DNA from: Candidatus Pelethosoma merdigallinarum | GTDB taxonomy: Bacteria; Bacillota_I; Bacilli_A; RF39; UBA660 | DNA length: 64,000 nucleotides | Reading direction: 5' to 3' | Assembly: GCA_018716065.1 (NCBI GenBank) | Contig: DVKJ01000017.1 | Coordinates: forward strand, 2,031-66,030 | Part shown: in pieces, positions 40,014 to 51,125 of the stretch | Numbering within the stretch: the first letter of the stretch is position 1 | How the letters are laid out: each line of letters opens with the position of its first letter | The notes under the pieces: model-generated | Database searches by the model: none | Told to the model about the DNA's origin: nothing | What the model saw: only the letters and a program-made list of their open reading frames with translations | Translations under genes and position numbers: made by a program

Positions 40014-40430
40014 TTAATTACTGTTTATTTTTTGTTCTTTTTCCCACTGTTGAATACGATCACTTAATGTTCCCTTTTCATCGTAAGTGAAATTGATCGT
40101 AAATTTACCATTATCATCCAATCGCACATTCATACGCGACCATTTATCTCCAACATCATGACACAATTTTTTGATGTCTTGCGCTATAAGATAAATTTCA
40201 TCTAAGTGATTTCCTACGATTTCATCGTCGTGATTAAACGAATATTCTAATAAATCATAAGTTTTACCATTACTTTGATATACAATTTGATAATCGACGC
40301 TTTCTATCTCATCTTCTTCAGAATAAAATACACCTAAATATACGTGATCCCATTCTGTAGGGATACTCTCACTTAAATGAGTAACCATTTTTTTAATTAA
40401 CATATCCATTTTTTCTTTATTTTCTTTCAT
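40014..40430 (-). CDS. Hypothetical cytoplasmic protein (immunity-protein-like size and composition)
   Basis: ORF track only. Confidence 0.3.
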   Translation of the reverse strand: MKENKEKMDMLIKKMVTHLSESIPTEWDHVYLGVFYSEEDEIESVDYQIVYQSNGKTYDLLEYSFNHDDEIVGNHLDEIYLIAQDIKKLCHDVGDKWSRMNVRLDDNGKFTINFTYDEKGTLSDRIQQWEKEQKINSN

Positions 40431-40441
40431 AAAACCATTCC

Positions 40442-40708
40442 TTACTTATTTGTTAAATTATAATAGTTAAATTCAGAGATTTGATCTGCCACTGTCGCTA
40501 AATCTTCTAATTCTTCCGGAGATTGTTCTAAAATATCCTCAATCATAAACAATAAACTTTTCATATCACTAAAATCATGATAGTCAAGATTATATCTTTT
40601 TAATACCTCCACTTGATAATCAGATAAATATAAATCATTTTCTCTTAATTTGTGTTCATTTTTCTCAAAATCAAATTCTTCTACTAATTCATTTTCTTTT
40701 TCTTCCAT
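40442..40708 (-). CDS. Hypothetical small acidic protein
   Basis: ORF track only. Confidence 0.3.
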   Translation of the reverse strand: MEEKENELVEEFDFEKNEHKLRENDLYLSDYQVEVLKRYNLDYHDFSDMKSLLFMIEDILEQSPEELEDLATVADQISEFNYYNLTNK

Positions 40709-40814
40709 ATGAACCTACTTTCTATGTTTTTATTATATCGAAAATACATCATTAACACAATTTCATTTATATTTTTTTTCGAAATTAATATACTACTAAT
40801 GAAAGGAGAACTTT

Positions 40815-41273
40815 ATGAAAAAATACGTTGTTGGTGCATTTCGCTTATTTTTACCCATTATTTTAGGAAGTTTCGTAGGTTTTATCATTAAAGATTTTAT
40901 CGACTATAACATGTTAGTAAAACCAGCTTTTTCTCCTAGTAGTGTAGTTTTTCCTATTGCGTGGACCCTACTATATCTTCTCATGGGAATATCTTACTTT
41001 TTACTCAAGCAAAATAAGAAGGAGGATACCGAAAACGAAAGTTTTCTCTATTACGCCCAACTATTTGTCAATTTAGTGTGGCCTATTATCTTCTTCGTAT
41101 TAAAATGGTATTTTACTTCGATTGTATGGATTTTATTACTTCTTGTGTTGGTGATTCCCATGGTACTTCATTTTTATGAAAAAAATAAATCGGCAGGAAT
41201 TCTTATGATTCCATATGTCTTATGGTTATTATTTGCGGCATATTTAACTATTGGTATTTTCATCTTAAATTAA
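40815..41273 (+). CDS. tspO: TspO/MBR-family tryptophan-rich sensory protein
   Basis: Five TM helices; FPIAWTLLYLLMGISYFLL motif. Confidence 0.7.
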   Translation: MKKYVVGAFRLFLPIILGSFVGFIIKDFIDYNMLVKPAFSPSSVVFPIAWTLLYLLMGISYFLLKQNKKEDTENESFLYYAQLFVNLVWPIIFFVLKWYFTSIVWILLLLVLVIPMVLHFYEKNKSAGILMIPYVLWLLFAAYLTIGIFILN

Positions 41274-41363
41274 ATCGGGAAACCGATTTTTTTCTATTTA
41301 TTGGATATACTAAAAGTTGAAGTTCTCGTCGAGTTCGATTATAATAATAATAGGAGGGATATT

Positions 41364-42065
41364 ATGGCATATATTGAATTTAATAAAATCTCAAAAGTAT
41401 ATCACATGGGAGATACCGAAATAAACGCACTAAATAAAACAACATTTACGATTGATCAAGGAGAACTCGTTTGTATTCTAGGACCTAGTGGGGCAGGAAA
41501 AACAACGGCTCTTAACATTCTAGGAGGAATGGATACGGCGACGAGTGGAACTTTAATTGTCGATGGAAAAGAAGTAACGAAGTTAAATAATAAAGGATTA
41601 ATTACGTATCGTAGACACGATATTGGATTTGTCTTTCAATTTTATAATTTGATTCAAAATTTAACCGCTTTAGAAAATGTAGAATTAGCTGTTCAACTAT
41701 GTAAGAAACATTTAGATCCTAAAAAAGTCTTAAAACAAGTAGGATTACAAAAAAGAATGGACAACTTCCCTGCTCAACTTTCTGGAGGAGAACAACAACG
41801 TGTCGCCATTGCCCGTGCGATTGCGAAAAACCCTAAACTATTATTATGTGATGAACCTACTGGGGCATTAGATTATAAGACCGGAAAACAAATTCTAAAA
41901 CTATTGGAAGATACATGTCGAAAAGAACACATGACTGTCATCATCATCACGCATAATAGTGCAATTGCGCCTATGGCCGATAAAATCATTAAATTTAAAA
42001 ATGGACAAGTAGAAGATATCATCATCAATGAAAAACCAACTCCGATTGAAGAAATTGAGTGGTAA
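41364..42065 (+). CDS. ABC transporter ATP-binding protein (MacB/FtsE-like)
   Basis: Walker [10 protein letters not shown]; signature [15 protein letters not shown]; Walker [13 protein letters not shown]; true start ATG 41364 with AGGAGG RBS (ORF track starts at 41301). Confidence 0.85.
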   Translation: MAYIEFNKISKVYHMGDTEINALNKTTFTIDQGELVCILGPSGAGKTTALNILGGMDTATSGTLIVDGKEVTKLNNKGLITYRRHDIGFVFQFYNLIQNLTALENVELAVQLCKKHLDPKKVLKQVGLQKRMDNFPAQLSGGEQQRVAIARAIAKNPKLLLCDEPTGALDYKTGKQILKLLEDTCRKEHMTVIIITHNSAIAPMADKIIKFKNGQVEDIIINEKPTPIEEIEW

Positions 42066-44518
42066 CGATGAAAAATAAATTAAGATTAAGTAATATTCGT
42101 GATATTAAAAGTACCTTTAAAAGATTCCTCTCTTTAACCTGCATGTCTCTTTTAGGAGTTGGATTCTTTGTTGGAATTAAAATTACTTCGCCCGATATGC
42201 TGGTGACGATCGATGATTATTTAGATGACCGAAACGTTTATGACTTAAAAATCACTTCTACTTTAGGATTTAATGATGATAATATAAAGGCTATTGAAGA
42301 ATTAAAATCAGTTGGTCAAGTGAAACTGATTCATAGTAAAGATCAAGTGGCCATTATTGATAAAGAAGAGTATGCCATAAAATTTATAGAAGTTCATTCT
42401 AAGATGAACAAAATTACGATTACAAAAGGAAGATTACCTCAAAAGAAAAATGAAATTGTCGTAGAACAAGCTCTTTTAACCAATCAAAAGTTAAAAGTAG
42501 ATGACACGATTACCATGGATGATGATCAAGAATATCAGATTGTCGGGGTCGCAGAAAGTCCTTTATATTTTTCTTATTACCGTGACACCACGACCGTAGG
42601 AAATGGAAAAATTAACTATTATGCTTTTGCGAATAAAGATTTCTTTGATGAAACTTCGATCGAGGAAATTTACCTAACGGTCGAAGGCGCAAAAGAATTA
42701 GAAACTAGTAGTGATGAATATGTAGACAAAATTGAAAAAGTAGAACAAGAAATCGAAGATATCACCGAAGAGCAACAAGAAAATTGCTATCAAGAAGTCT
42801 ATGGTGCCTATTTAAGTAACCCTATGATAAATACCGATACACTAAATCTTACACCCGTTAAATGGTATACCAATTCGCGAGAGAATAACTCTGCTTATAA
42901 TGATTTTATTAATGCGACCGATAATCTAAAACAAATTGGAAACGTCTTCCCACTTGTCTTTTATGTGATTGCCGTATTAGTTAGTTTAATCACGATGACA
43001 CGTATGGTAGAAGATGATCGTAGTGATATTGGAACACTAAAATCATTAGGTTTTAATAATTTATCCATCATTTCAAAATATGTACATTATGCGCTAATTA
43101 CAACCATTCTAGGAGGAATCATTGGTATTGCGATTGGAACAACTATATTACCGATGATTATCTGGGATATATATGGAATTATGTTTACCTTACCTCCAAT
43201 TCATCTAGGATTTAATCTTCTCTATACAACCTTAGGTATTGTAATTACGGCTCTATGTATTGGTTTATCTACCATTTATGCGGCTATTAAAGTATTAAAA
43301 GAAACGCCTGCGAATCTCATGCGTCCAAAAGCTCCGAAAGCAGGACGTCGTGTATTACTAGAACGTATCTCTATCATCTGGCGTCATTTAAAATTCTCAA
43401 ACAAAATCACTGTGCGAAACATCTTTCGTTACAAATCTAGAGTACTAGCTAGTATTTTAGGAACGGCAGGATGTACGGCACTCATACTAGCTGGATTTGG
43501 TTTAAAAGATTCTATTCAAGATATTTCCAAAAATCAATTTAATCATGTCTTCTTGTATGATGCGATGATTTCGTTTACCAATACCAATAATGTATCAAAA
43601 TTAAAAAACTCTTTAGAAGAACGAGATGACGTACTAGATGTCGTCCAGACACGAATCGATTCTTTGGTCATTGTTAAAGATGAGAAAGAATATGCGACCA
43701 ATGTTATCGTAGAAGGCGAAGATTCCCTAGATACCATGATTCAATTAAATGATGTCAATAATCAAAATAAACAAATTCATTTAAAAGAAGGAGAAATCAT
43801 TTTAAGTGAAAAGTTAGCTAAACTAGCCGATATTAAACCAGAAGATACCATTACAATAAAGAAAAATAATAAAGAATATCGTTTCAAAGTTCAAGCGATT
43901 GTTGAAAACTACATTGATCATTATAGTTATATGACCAAACAAACCTATGAGAACGAATTTGGAGAATACGAAGATAATTCATTATTACTAACATATAATC
44001 ATTTGAATGAACAAGAAGAAAAGAAATTAAATACCGATATTATGAATCAAAGTGAAGGCGTTATTATTACGACTAGTCGTGATATTAAAAATACAGTAGA
44101 TGATATGATGTCTTCTCTAGACTCAGTAGTATTTATCTTGATTGTTTCTTCGGCATGTTTAGCCTTTGTTGTTCTTTATAATTTAGCTAATATTAATATT
44201 ATCGAACGTAAAAGAGAAATTGCAACATTAAAAGTCTTAGGATTCTATCATCGTGAAGTCGATAGTTACATTATTAAAGAATCTATCTTATTAAATATTA
44301 TTGGAATTGCTTTAGGACTTGTTGCAGGATTGTATTTATGTTTCTATATTATTTCTACTTGTGAGACCGATAATATGATGTTTACAAGACATATTAATAT
44401 TGAGAGCTATATTTTATCAGCATGTATTACGGCCATATTTGTCATCATTGTAAGTATTTTCACTCATTATCAATTAAAGAAAAATGATATGATTGAATCT
44501 TTAAAAAGTGTCGAGTAA
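42059..44518 (+). CDS. ABC transporter permease with two FtsX-like domains (MacB/BceB-type)
   Basis: 819 aa with two four-TM FtsX-like modules; adjacent to and translationally coupled with the ATPase; ATG at 42068 is an alternative start. Confidence 0.8.
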   Translation: MVTMKNKLRLSNIRDIKSTFKRFLSLTCMSLLGVGFFVGIKITSPDMLVTIDDYLDDRNVYDLKITSTLGFNDDNIKAIEELKSVGQVKLIHSKDQVAIIDKEEYAIKFIEVHSKMNKITITKGRLPQKKNEIVVEQALLTNQKLKVDDTITMDDDQEYQIVGVAESPLYFSYYRDTTTVGNGKINYYAFANKDFFDETSIEEIYLTVEGAKELETSSDEYVDKIEKVEQEIEDITEEQQENCYQEVYGAYLSNPMINTDTLNLTPVKWYTNSRENNSAYNDFINATDNLKQIGNVFPLVFYVIAVLVSLITMTRMVEDDRSDIGTLKSLGFNNLSIISKYVHYALITTILGGIIGIAIGTTILPMIIWDIYGIMFTLPPIHLGFNLLYTTLGIVITALCIGLSTIYAAIKVLKETPANLMRPKAPKAGRRVLLERISIIWRHLKFSNKITVRNIFRYKSRVLASILGTAGCTALILAGFGLKDSIQDISKNQFNHVFLYDAMISFTNTNNVSKLKNSLEERDDVLDVVQTRIDSLVIVKDEKEYATNVIVEGEDSLDTMIQLNDVNNQNKQIHLKEGEIILSEKLAKLADIKPEDTITIKKNNKEYRFKVQAIVENYIDHYSYMTKQTYENEFGEYEDNSLLLTYNHLNEQEEKKLNTDIMNQSEGVIITTSRDIKNTVDDMMSSLDSVVFILIVSSACLAFVVLYNLANINIIERKREIATLKVLGFYHREVDSYIIKESILLNIIGIALGLVAGLYLCFYIISTCETDNMMFTRHINIESYILSACITAIFVIIVSIFTHYQLKKNDMIESLKSVE

Positions 44519-44579
44519 TATAAAACAAACAAAAAAAGAAGATTTTATCTAGTTCAGTGATAAGATCTTCTTTTTATTA

Positions 44580-46193
44580 TTAAGATAAAGTTTCTGGTAC
44601 ATCATAGTCTTCAATTAAACTTTCTGCGACCTTTAATCCATCGATAGCTGCAGTTGTAATACCACCGGCATATCCTGCACCTTCTCCACAGGGATAAATT
44701 CCTAAGATCGAAGATTCCATATGTTCATTACGAAGAATACGAACCGGTGAAGAAGTCCTACTTTCAATTCCTGCCATAATCATGTCTTCTTGATCAAAGC
44801 CTGGCATTTTACGTCCAAAGACAGGAAGTGCTTCTTCTAAAGCTTCTGTAATTTCTCGAGGCATCCATTCTTTTAGATTATCAAAGTGATAATGACCTTT
44901 AAAGATTGGTTCTACTTCTCCAAATGAAGTAGAGGCTCTATTCTTTTGAAAATCTTTATATAATTGAACCGGTATTTTACCTTGTCCTCTTTCATAGGCG
45001 AGGTGCTCCAAGGTTTGTTGATAATGCATACCATCTAATGGTTGATCACCAAAATCTTTCGTATTTAAAGTAACTACAAGGGCACTATTGGCATTCTTCT
45101 CCCCTCGATCATGATTACTCATGCCATTAATCGCTAAATGTCCTTCTTCACTAGATGCGTTTACAACAAATCCCCCTGGACACATACAAAAAGAGTACAC
45201 TCCTCTACCTTTGGTTGTGGTATAAGTTAATTTATAGTCGGCTGGTGGTAATAATGACTCATATTTAGGTCCATATTGAACATGATTAATGAGTGTTTGT
45301 GGGTGCTCAACACGTACACCAATCGCAAATGGTTTCGCATGCATTTCTAAGTTATGGTGATACAACATTTCAAAAGTATCACGGGCACTATGACCAATTG
45401 CTAGAATAAGATGGGTACATGGAAAAGTCTCATCATGATTACACTCTATCGCAACTAATTTTCCATCTTCGATGATAAGATCAGTTAAACAGGTTTGATA
45501 ACGAAATTCACCACCCATTGAAATAATCTCTTCTCTCATACGCACAATGACCTGACTTAAAAGATCCGTCCCAATATGTGGTTTTTGTAAATAAAGAATA
45601 TCAGATGGGGCACCATGCTTTACAAACGTTTCAAAGACTTTTCGTCCACGACCTTCTTTATCTTTTGTTAATGTATTTAACTTACCATCGGAAAACGTTC
45701 CAGCACCTCCCTCGCCAAATTGAACATTAGATTCGGGATTTAATTTCCCTGTTTGCCAGAAAGATTCCACGGTTTTCTTGCGCTCTGCCATCTTCTCTCC
45801 ACGTTCGATAATGATTGGCTGATAACCCATTTCAGCAAGCAAATAAGCCGCAAATAACCCTGCTGGGCCACTTCCTACGACAACAGGACGATAAAGTAAT
45901 TTCTTGGTTCCTCGTTTAGGGAGGTGATAATGTTCATCAGGTGTTGGAAAGATATCTTTAGAATGATTTTTCTTTAGAATTTTTGATTCTTGATCTACCT
46001 CTACATCTAATTCATAAACAAAGAAGATTTGATCTTTATGGCGGGCATCTATCGATTGTTTGCGAATCATTACTTTTTGAATATCTTCCATCTTACAACG
46101 AAGTAGTTTAGAAACCTTTTGTTTTCTAGTATTTTCACTATCTTGCTCTACTAGGATTTTAACTTGTCGTAATCGAATCATCTTACTTTCCAC
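44580..46193 (-). CDS. FAD-dependent oxidoreductase (COG2509-like FAD-dependent protein)
   Basis: GSGPAGLFAAYLLA dinucleotide-binding motif; ~540 aa. Confidence 0.65.
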   Translation of the reverse strand: MESKMIRLRQVKILVEQDSENTRKQKVSKLLRCKMEDIQKVMIRKQSIDARHKDQIFFVYELDVEVDQESKILKKNHSKDIFPTPDEHYHLPKRGTKKLLYRPVVVGSGPAGLFAAYLLAEMGYQPIIIERGEKMAERKKTVESFWQTGKLNPESNVQFGEGGAGTFSDGKLNTLTKDKEGRGRKVFETFVKHGAPSDILYLQKPHIGTDLLSQVIVRMREEIISMGGEFRYQTCLTDLIIEDGKLVAIECNHDETFPCTHLILAIGHSARDTFEMLYHHNLEMHAKPFAIGVRVEHPQTLINHVQYGPKYESLLPPADYKLTYTTTKGRGVYSFCMCPGGFVVNASSEEGHLAINGMSNHDRGEKNANSALVVTLNTKDFGDQPLDGMHYQQTLEHLAYERGQGKIPVQLYKDFQKNRASTSFGEVEPIFKGHYHFDNLKEWMPREITEALEEALPVFGRKMPGFDQEDMIMAGIESRTSSPVRILRNEHMESSILGIYPCGEGAGYAGGITTAAIDGLKVAESLIEDYDVPETLS

Positions 46194-47412
46194 TCGCCTT
46201 TCCAGCTAACATGCCACTAATCCAAGCAAAGGTCAAATTATAACCGCCACAATCTCCATCCACATCTATGATTTCTCCTGTAAAATAAAGCCCCGATACT
46301 TTCTTTGACTCCATGGTTTCCAGATTAATTTCTGATAAACACACTCCACCACTACATACCTGAGCGGCATCAAATGACTTGGTTGATGTAATATCGACTG
46401 GGAAAGCCATTAAATGTGTCACTAATAAATCTTTTTCTTTGGTAGACAACATCGACCATGTACTTTCACGAGAAATATGGCATTTCTTTAACATGACATG
46501 AATGAGTTTATATGGAAGGAATCCTTCTAATAATTGTTCCACCGTACGATTGGACATATGTCGTTCTCTATCGGTTAAAAAGTTAATCACTTTGTCTTTA
46601 GAGACTTCTTCAAACCATGGGATAAAATTAATTCGAATTTGTTCTGAAAATCCTTTGTTTAATCCTTTAGAAATGTATTCACTTAAATTTAAAATACAAA
46701 TACCACTAACTCCATAATCGGTTAACAAAATTTCTCCTGCTTGTTCTTGAATTTTTTTATTTTCTTCGTATAAAGAAACAATGACTTCGGCACGAATTCC
46801 TTTCCAGTCTTTGAAATACTTTTCTTCCCCACAACATTGAACTAAAGATGGTAAAACATCAATGATTTGATGACCAAACGATTTGGCCAATTCATATCCA
46901 TTTCCATCAGATCCTGTCTTGGGAAAAGCTTTAGATCCTGTAGAAATAATGACTTGATCTGCTTGATAAGTAGGCCCTTCGGTTTCAATGGTAAAACCTA
47001 AATCAGTTTTTACAATCTTAGTAACAAAAGTATCGGTTATCATATGAACACCTTGATGAATTGCTTCGTTTAGAAGTGCTTCTTTGATACTGGTCGCTTG
47101 ATTAGAAAAAGGATAATAGTATCCATTTTTTATTTTTGGAATGATTCCTATTTGCGAAAATAGAGAAGTAATTTCTTCTAAGTTCTTTGTGGAAATAATG
47201 GTCGATAATAAATCGGGATGTGAAGAGTGATAGTGAGTGAGGGATTGATCCTCATTCCCGTAGTTACAATGTCCATTTCCAGTCATTAATAATTTTTTCC
47301 CACAACTGGAATTACGTTCTAAAATAGTTACTCTATTTCCCTTGCGTGCAGAATAGATGGCCGCAACTAGTCCTGATGCGCCACCACCAATAATAAATAC
47401 ATTTTTCATCAT
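46183..47412 (-). CDS. HI0933/BaiN-family NAD(FAD)-utilising dehydrogenase
   Basis: GGGASGLVAAIYSARKG Rossmann motif; ~410 aa typical of the family. Confidence 0.7.
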   Translation of the reverse strand: MMKNVFIIGGGASGLVAAIYSARKGNRVTILERNSSCGKKLLMTGNGHCNYGNEDQSLTHYHSSHPDLLSTIISTKNLEEITSLFSQIGIIPKIKNGYYYPFSNQATSIKEALLNEAIHQGVHMITDTFVTKIVKTDLGFTIETEGPTYQADQVIISTGSKAFPKTGSDGNGYELAKSFGHQIIDVLPSLVQCCGEEKYFKDWKGIRAEVIVSLYEENKKIQEQAGEILLTDYGVSGICILNLSEYISKGLNKGFSEQIRINFIPWFEEVSKDKVINFLTDRERHMSNRTVEQLLEGFLPYKLIHVMLKKCHISRESTWSMLSTKEKDLLVTHLMAFPVDITSTKSFDAAQVCSGGVCLSEINLETMESKKVSGLYFTGEIIDVDGDCGGYNLTFAWISGMLAGKASGK

Positions 47413-47515
47413 ATCACCAACTTTCTTTTATTATATCACATGAAAAGACACGGCCGAAACCGTGAATGTAAAATATTTGTTTTAGTTGAATAAATATAAT
47501 TTTATTAATATATGT

Positions 47516-48157
47516 TTATTTCATGATGTATTGTTTACAAGATTTTTGGACTAGATCTGTTTTTTTAGAAAGGGCTAGAAACTTGGGATGATAAGTCCAA
47601 ATAACCTTTTTCTGTTCATCAATTAAAACCGGCTGTTTAGATGAAATGGTTTCTGTTATCTGACAATTTAATTTTTCTAAGAAACGTTTAATTAAATGTT
47701 TATACACTGAATTCGGTGAGGACATAATGATCACACTACTTGGTTGACTAATTTGATACAAGTTCCATAAATATTCTTCACTAAGTTGAAATAAGAACTC
47801 AGAAACTTCTGGTGTCCCCATAGAATCACGTTTTCCACATAATAATAAATTAGTCCAAACAACAGAATCATACAATGGTTCATGAATCATATCTTTAATA
47901 AATTTCCAATAAGGACGGTTCGTCGCCCCATTTTTCAAGAAAGAATCATAAAGATATTCAAGTTGTTCAACAGATAATTCATTATTACCTTGATTTCCCC
48001 ATGTATTGGTTTCTTGCCCTACATATAGAATTTTGCCTGTTTTTTCGATACACTTTGGCGATACCAAAAGAGGATAAGATAATTGTTCAGGAGATTCATG
48101 CGAACATAATAAATATTTTTCATAAGTTTTTATATTACAAAGGTGTAAAGAATTCAT
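47516..48157 (-). CDS. Hypothetical protein with weak uracil-DNA-glycosylase-superfamily-like motifs
   Basis: ILYVGQETNTWG (motif-A-like) and IWTYHPKFLA (motif-B-like) parallel VLVGEAPANNGW / LPIYHPSPIS of gene 60426..61331; weak. Confidence 0.3.
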   Translation of the reverse strand: MNSLHLCNIKTYEKYLLCSHESPEQLSYPLLVSPKCIEKTGKILYVGQETNTWGNQGNNELSVEQLEYLYDSFLKNGATNRPYWKFIKDMIHEPLYDSVVWTNLLLCGKRDSMGTPEVSEFLFQLSEEYLWNLYQISQPSSVIIMSSPNSVYKHLIKRFLEKLNCQITETISSKQPVLIDEQKKVIWTYHPKFLALSKKTDLVQKSCKQYIMK

Positions 48158-48813
48158 AAGATCACCTCACGGATGACTATTATATAGGAAATTTATGAAA
48201 AAGTAAAATTGGAAAAAATAGAATGATAAATTGTTTTTAAGATATTTAATCAATTTAATATTTTTAGCTTATAGTAATATAGTTCAATAATTTATTCAAT
48301 AATTTATTTGTTAATTTTATTGAATATCTTAGATAATCATGATAAAATGTATATGGATGAGAAATCCTCATATAATTAAAGAGGATATACCTAATAGTAG
48401 TTAGGTACACTCCATTTTTAGGTTGTGCACACTAATACGTATTTACGTTAGTGTGCTTTTTGCTATTTAAATAGTAGAATAAATACTAAAATAAATAGGA
48501 GAATGATGATGAAATATTGAGATTTCTCTCTTTTCGTCATATTCCTCACCTCCTTTACTATAAGGAGGACACCTAACGTTTGGTATATCCAAATGTTATT
48601 GTAACAAATCTTTTTGGATTTCGAACAAAATTAACTAAACATTATTAAATAATCTATAGTAAAATTAAAACAGTAAGTATTTATTTTGATAAAAAAAAAT
48701 AGCATTTATAAAAACACCTAAATTTAACGTGGTATAATAAAAGTGGACAACAACGAGAAAATTTTATACAAAAGAAGGTACAAAGTTGTATAATTATTTA
48801 AAAGGAGATCGAA

Positions 48814-48876
48814 ATGTTGAAGAAAATTTGGAGAGCATTGAGAAAACTATACGATTACATCATATGGGTGGAGTAG
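48814..48876 (+). CDS. Candidate 20-aa cationic amphipathic peptide ORF (MLKKIWRALRKLYDYIIWVE)
   Basis: AAAGGAG RBS 7 nt upstream of ATG in an otherwise non-coding ~1 kb region; speculative. Confidence 0.2.
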   Translation: MLKKIWRALRKLYDYIIWVE

Positions 48877-49151
48877 AAAGACTAGATGATAGTTCTTTTT
48901 CTTTAGAACAAAAAATATATAAATAAGAGTAAAATAGAGAAAGAAAGAAAGAAATAAAAAAGCAATAAAATTATTTATAAAAAGATAATATTTATTCTTT
49001 AACAGAAAAAATTAAAGAATAAGTAAAAATAATAATACAAAGATTAGTAATATTATTAAATATAATAGGATCCAGTACAATACAATCAAAAAATGAGTTT
49101 TTTAATTTAAGTATTATCAATATCATCAAATTGATAATAGCAAATTTGATT

Positions 49152-50044
49152 GTTTTGAATCGCCAAACATGACATAGAACTAAAACTGACTCTAAAAACT
49201 GTACACTATTAGCTAAGTTTTAATACCATCAAAGATGACATAGAACTAAAACTTGTTGTACAAAACATCTCTCATTTATTTCGTTTTAATACCATCAAAG
49301 ATGACATAGAACTAAAACCTGCATTATTTTCTAATTTCTTTTTTTCTTGTTTTAATACCATCAAAGATGACATAGAACTAAAACTCAGTTAATAGTAACG
49401 TTTCAGTTTCATAAGTTTTAATACCATCAAAGATGACATAGAACTAAAACTGCGTTTTAATTTTTTATCTGCTATAATTGGTTTTAATACCATCAAAGAT
49501 GACATAGAACTAAAACTTACAACTAGGTTTTCTTTTAAGCAAATTAGTTTTAATACCATCAAAGATGACATAGAACTAAAACAGCAAGGTATTTTAGAAC
49601 TAATTAGATGTGGTTTTAATACCATCAAAGATGACATAGAACTAAAACTATAAGATAATCTATTAATTAAATCATAGTGTTTTAATACCATCAAAGATGA
49701 CATAGAACTAAAACATCTAACGTTGCAAATGGTATATAGTTAATGTTTTAATACCATCAAAGATGACATAGAACTAAAACTTATTTCTTCTTTATACCCA
49801 AGAATTTTATGTTTTAATACCATCAAAGATGACATAGAACTAAAACATTTCTAACATATTTTTCCACCCTTTCTTTGTTTTAATACCATCAAAGATGACA
49901 TAGAACTAAAACGATAACATTAAGTGTTTTATTTGGAAATGTGTTTTAATACCATCAAAGATGACATAGAACTAAAACATGCTTTACTACAAGCACCTAT
50001 CCCACCGAGTTTTAATACCATCAAAGATGACATAGAACTAAAAC
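49152..50044 (-). CRISPR. Type II-A CRISPR array: 14 repeats (36 bp; the repeat at 49152..49186 is degenerate, 35 bp) and 13 spacers, all 30 bp
   Basis: Plus-strand repeat gttttaataccatcaaagatgacatagaactaaaac at 49217, 49283, 49349, 49415, 49481, 49547, 49613, 49679, 49745, 49811, 49877, 49943, 50009; transcribed strand (minus) reads GTTTTAGTTCTATGTCATCTTTGATGGTATTAAAAC; leader side is next to csn2 (50045..50121); degenerate repeat is at the distal end. Confidence 0.95.
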
Positions 50045-50121
50045 CTCAAATAAGGTTAAATCTATGTACATATACCATAGAGTAGTAATTTCTTTCATGG
50101 TATTTTCTACATCATCTATTG

Positions 50122-50802
50122 TTATTCTAACATAAATTCATCTAAATCTGAATCAATTATTAACTTTTTCTCAAATTCTAATTTTGTACCATAAGATTGA
50201 GAATCAATTAATAGAACATCAACTTGGTTATAAATACTATATTTATAAAACTCTAATAATTCTTCTCTTGTTAGATATTGTTTTAAATTGACAAAAACTA
50301 ATAAATTATTTGTTTTCAAAACTTTCTCTAAATCGATTAATAATAAGAGATTATCTAATAAATCATTCTTCATTACAATATTTAATTTCATCAATTTTGT
50401 TAAGTTTTCAATATCAATATCTGGATTAATAGATAATGGCAAATCTATTTCATTCAATATTTTCTTGTAAATATTACCAATTTTAGTATATTGTTTTATT
50501 AATTGTTCTCTATGTTCTTCATCCAATTCAGATTCTATATATCTTGATATTTCATTGATTACTTTTTTTGAACCCAGTTGAAAATCAAAATAATCAATAA
50601 ATATTTTTAATTTATTAGAATAATTAAGCTCATGATTTTGTTCATCTAAAAATATAATTTCATCTGATATATTTTTTTGAAAGATATTATATAATCCTAA
50701 TACAATTCTGTAAAAATATTTTTTGTTTTCTATTTCTAACACAGAAACAGATTCTTTGGAAAATTCGATTTCATGATCCAAATAATTAATCTTAATTTTC
50801 AT
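50122..50802 (-). CDS. csn2: Csn2 (type II-A-specific adaptation protein)
   Basis: ~220 aa short-form Csn2 directly downstream of cas2 and upstream of the array. Confidence 0.85.
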   Translation of the reverse strand: MKIKINYLDHEIEFSKESVSVLEIENKKYFYRIVLGLYNIFQKNISDEIIFLDEQNHELNYSNKLKIFIDYFDFQLGSKKVINEISRYIESELDEEHREQLIKQYTKIGNIYKKILNEIDLPLSINPDIDIENLTKLMKLNIVMKNDLLDNLLLLIDLEKVLKTNNLLVFVNLKQYLTREELLEFYKYSIYNQVDVLLIDSQSYGTKLEFEKKLIIDSDLDEFMLE

Positions 50803-51125
50803 AATACAATTAATTTGTCCTCCGTATCGATGATTTTATTTTGTGTTTCACCGATTATATATTCAATTTGGGAATACTGTTTCTCTGTAATTGTCATAAC
50901 TTGAATAATTCCTTTTTTAGGTGCATTTTTTCTAATTCGATTTATTAACAATCCTGATTGCTGTGAATTTAAAGCTATCTTAGAATATACAGATTCTTGC
51001 ATCATGATAAATCCTTCATTAATTAAATATTTTCTAAACTTTATATAATTTTTCTTATCCCTCAAATAAACATTAGGTAAATCAAAAAATACCATAGTTC
51101 TCATTACTCTATCCCTCATAAACAA
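50799..51125 (-). CDS. cas2: Cas2 endoribonuclease (adaptation)
   Basis: MVFFDLP...FRKYLINEGFIMMQESVYSK matches type II Cas2; overlaps cas1. Confidence 0.9.
   Translation of the reverse strand: MFMRDRVMRTMVFFDLPNVYLRDKKNYIKFRKYLINEGFIMMQESVYSKIALNSQQSGLLINRIRKNAPKKGIIQVMTITEKQYSQIEYIIGETQNKIIDTEDKLIVL

Noticed and set aside
49389-49703. 104-aa minus-strand ORF with a repeated MSSLMVLK motif
   Set aside because: It lies wholly inside the CRISPR array. Its internal repetition is the translation of the 36-bp repeats, so it is an artefact, not a gene.
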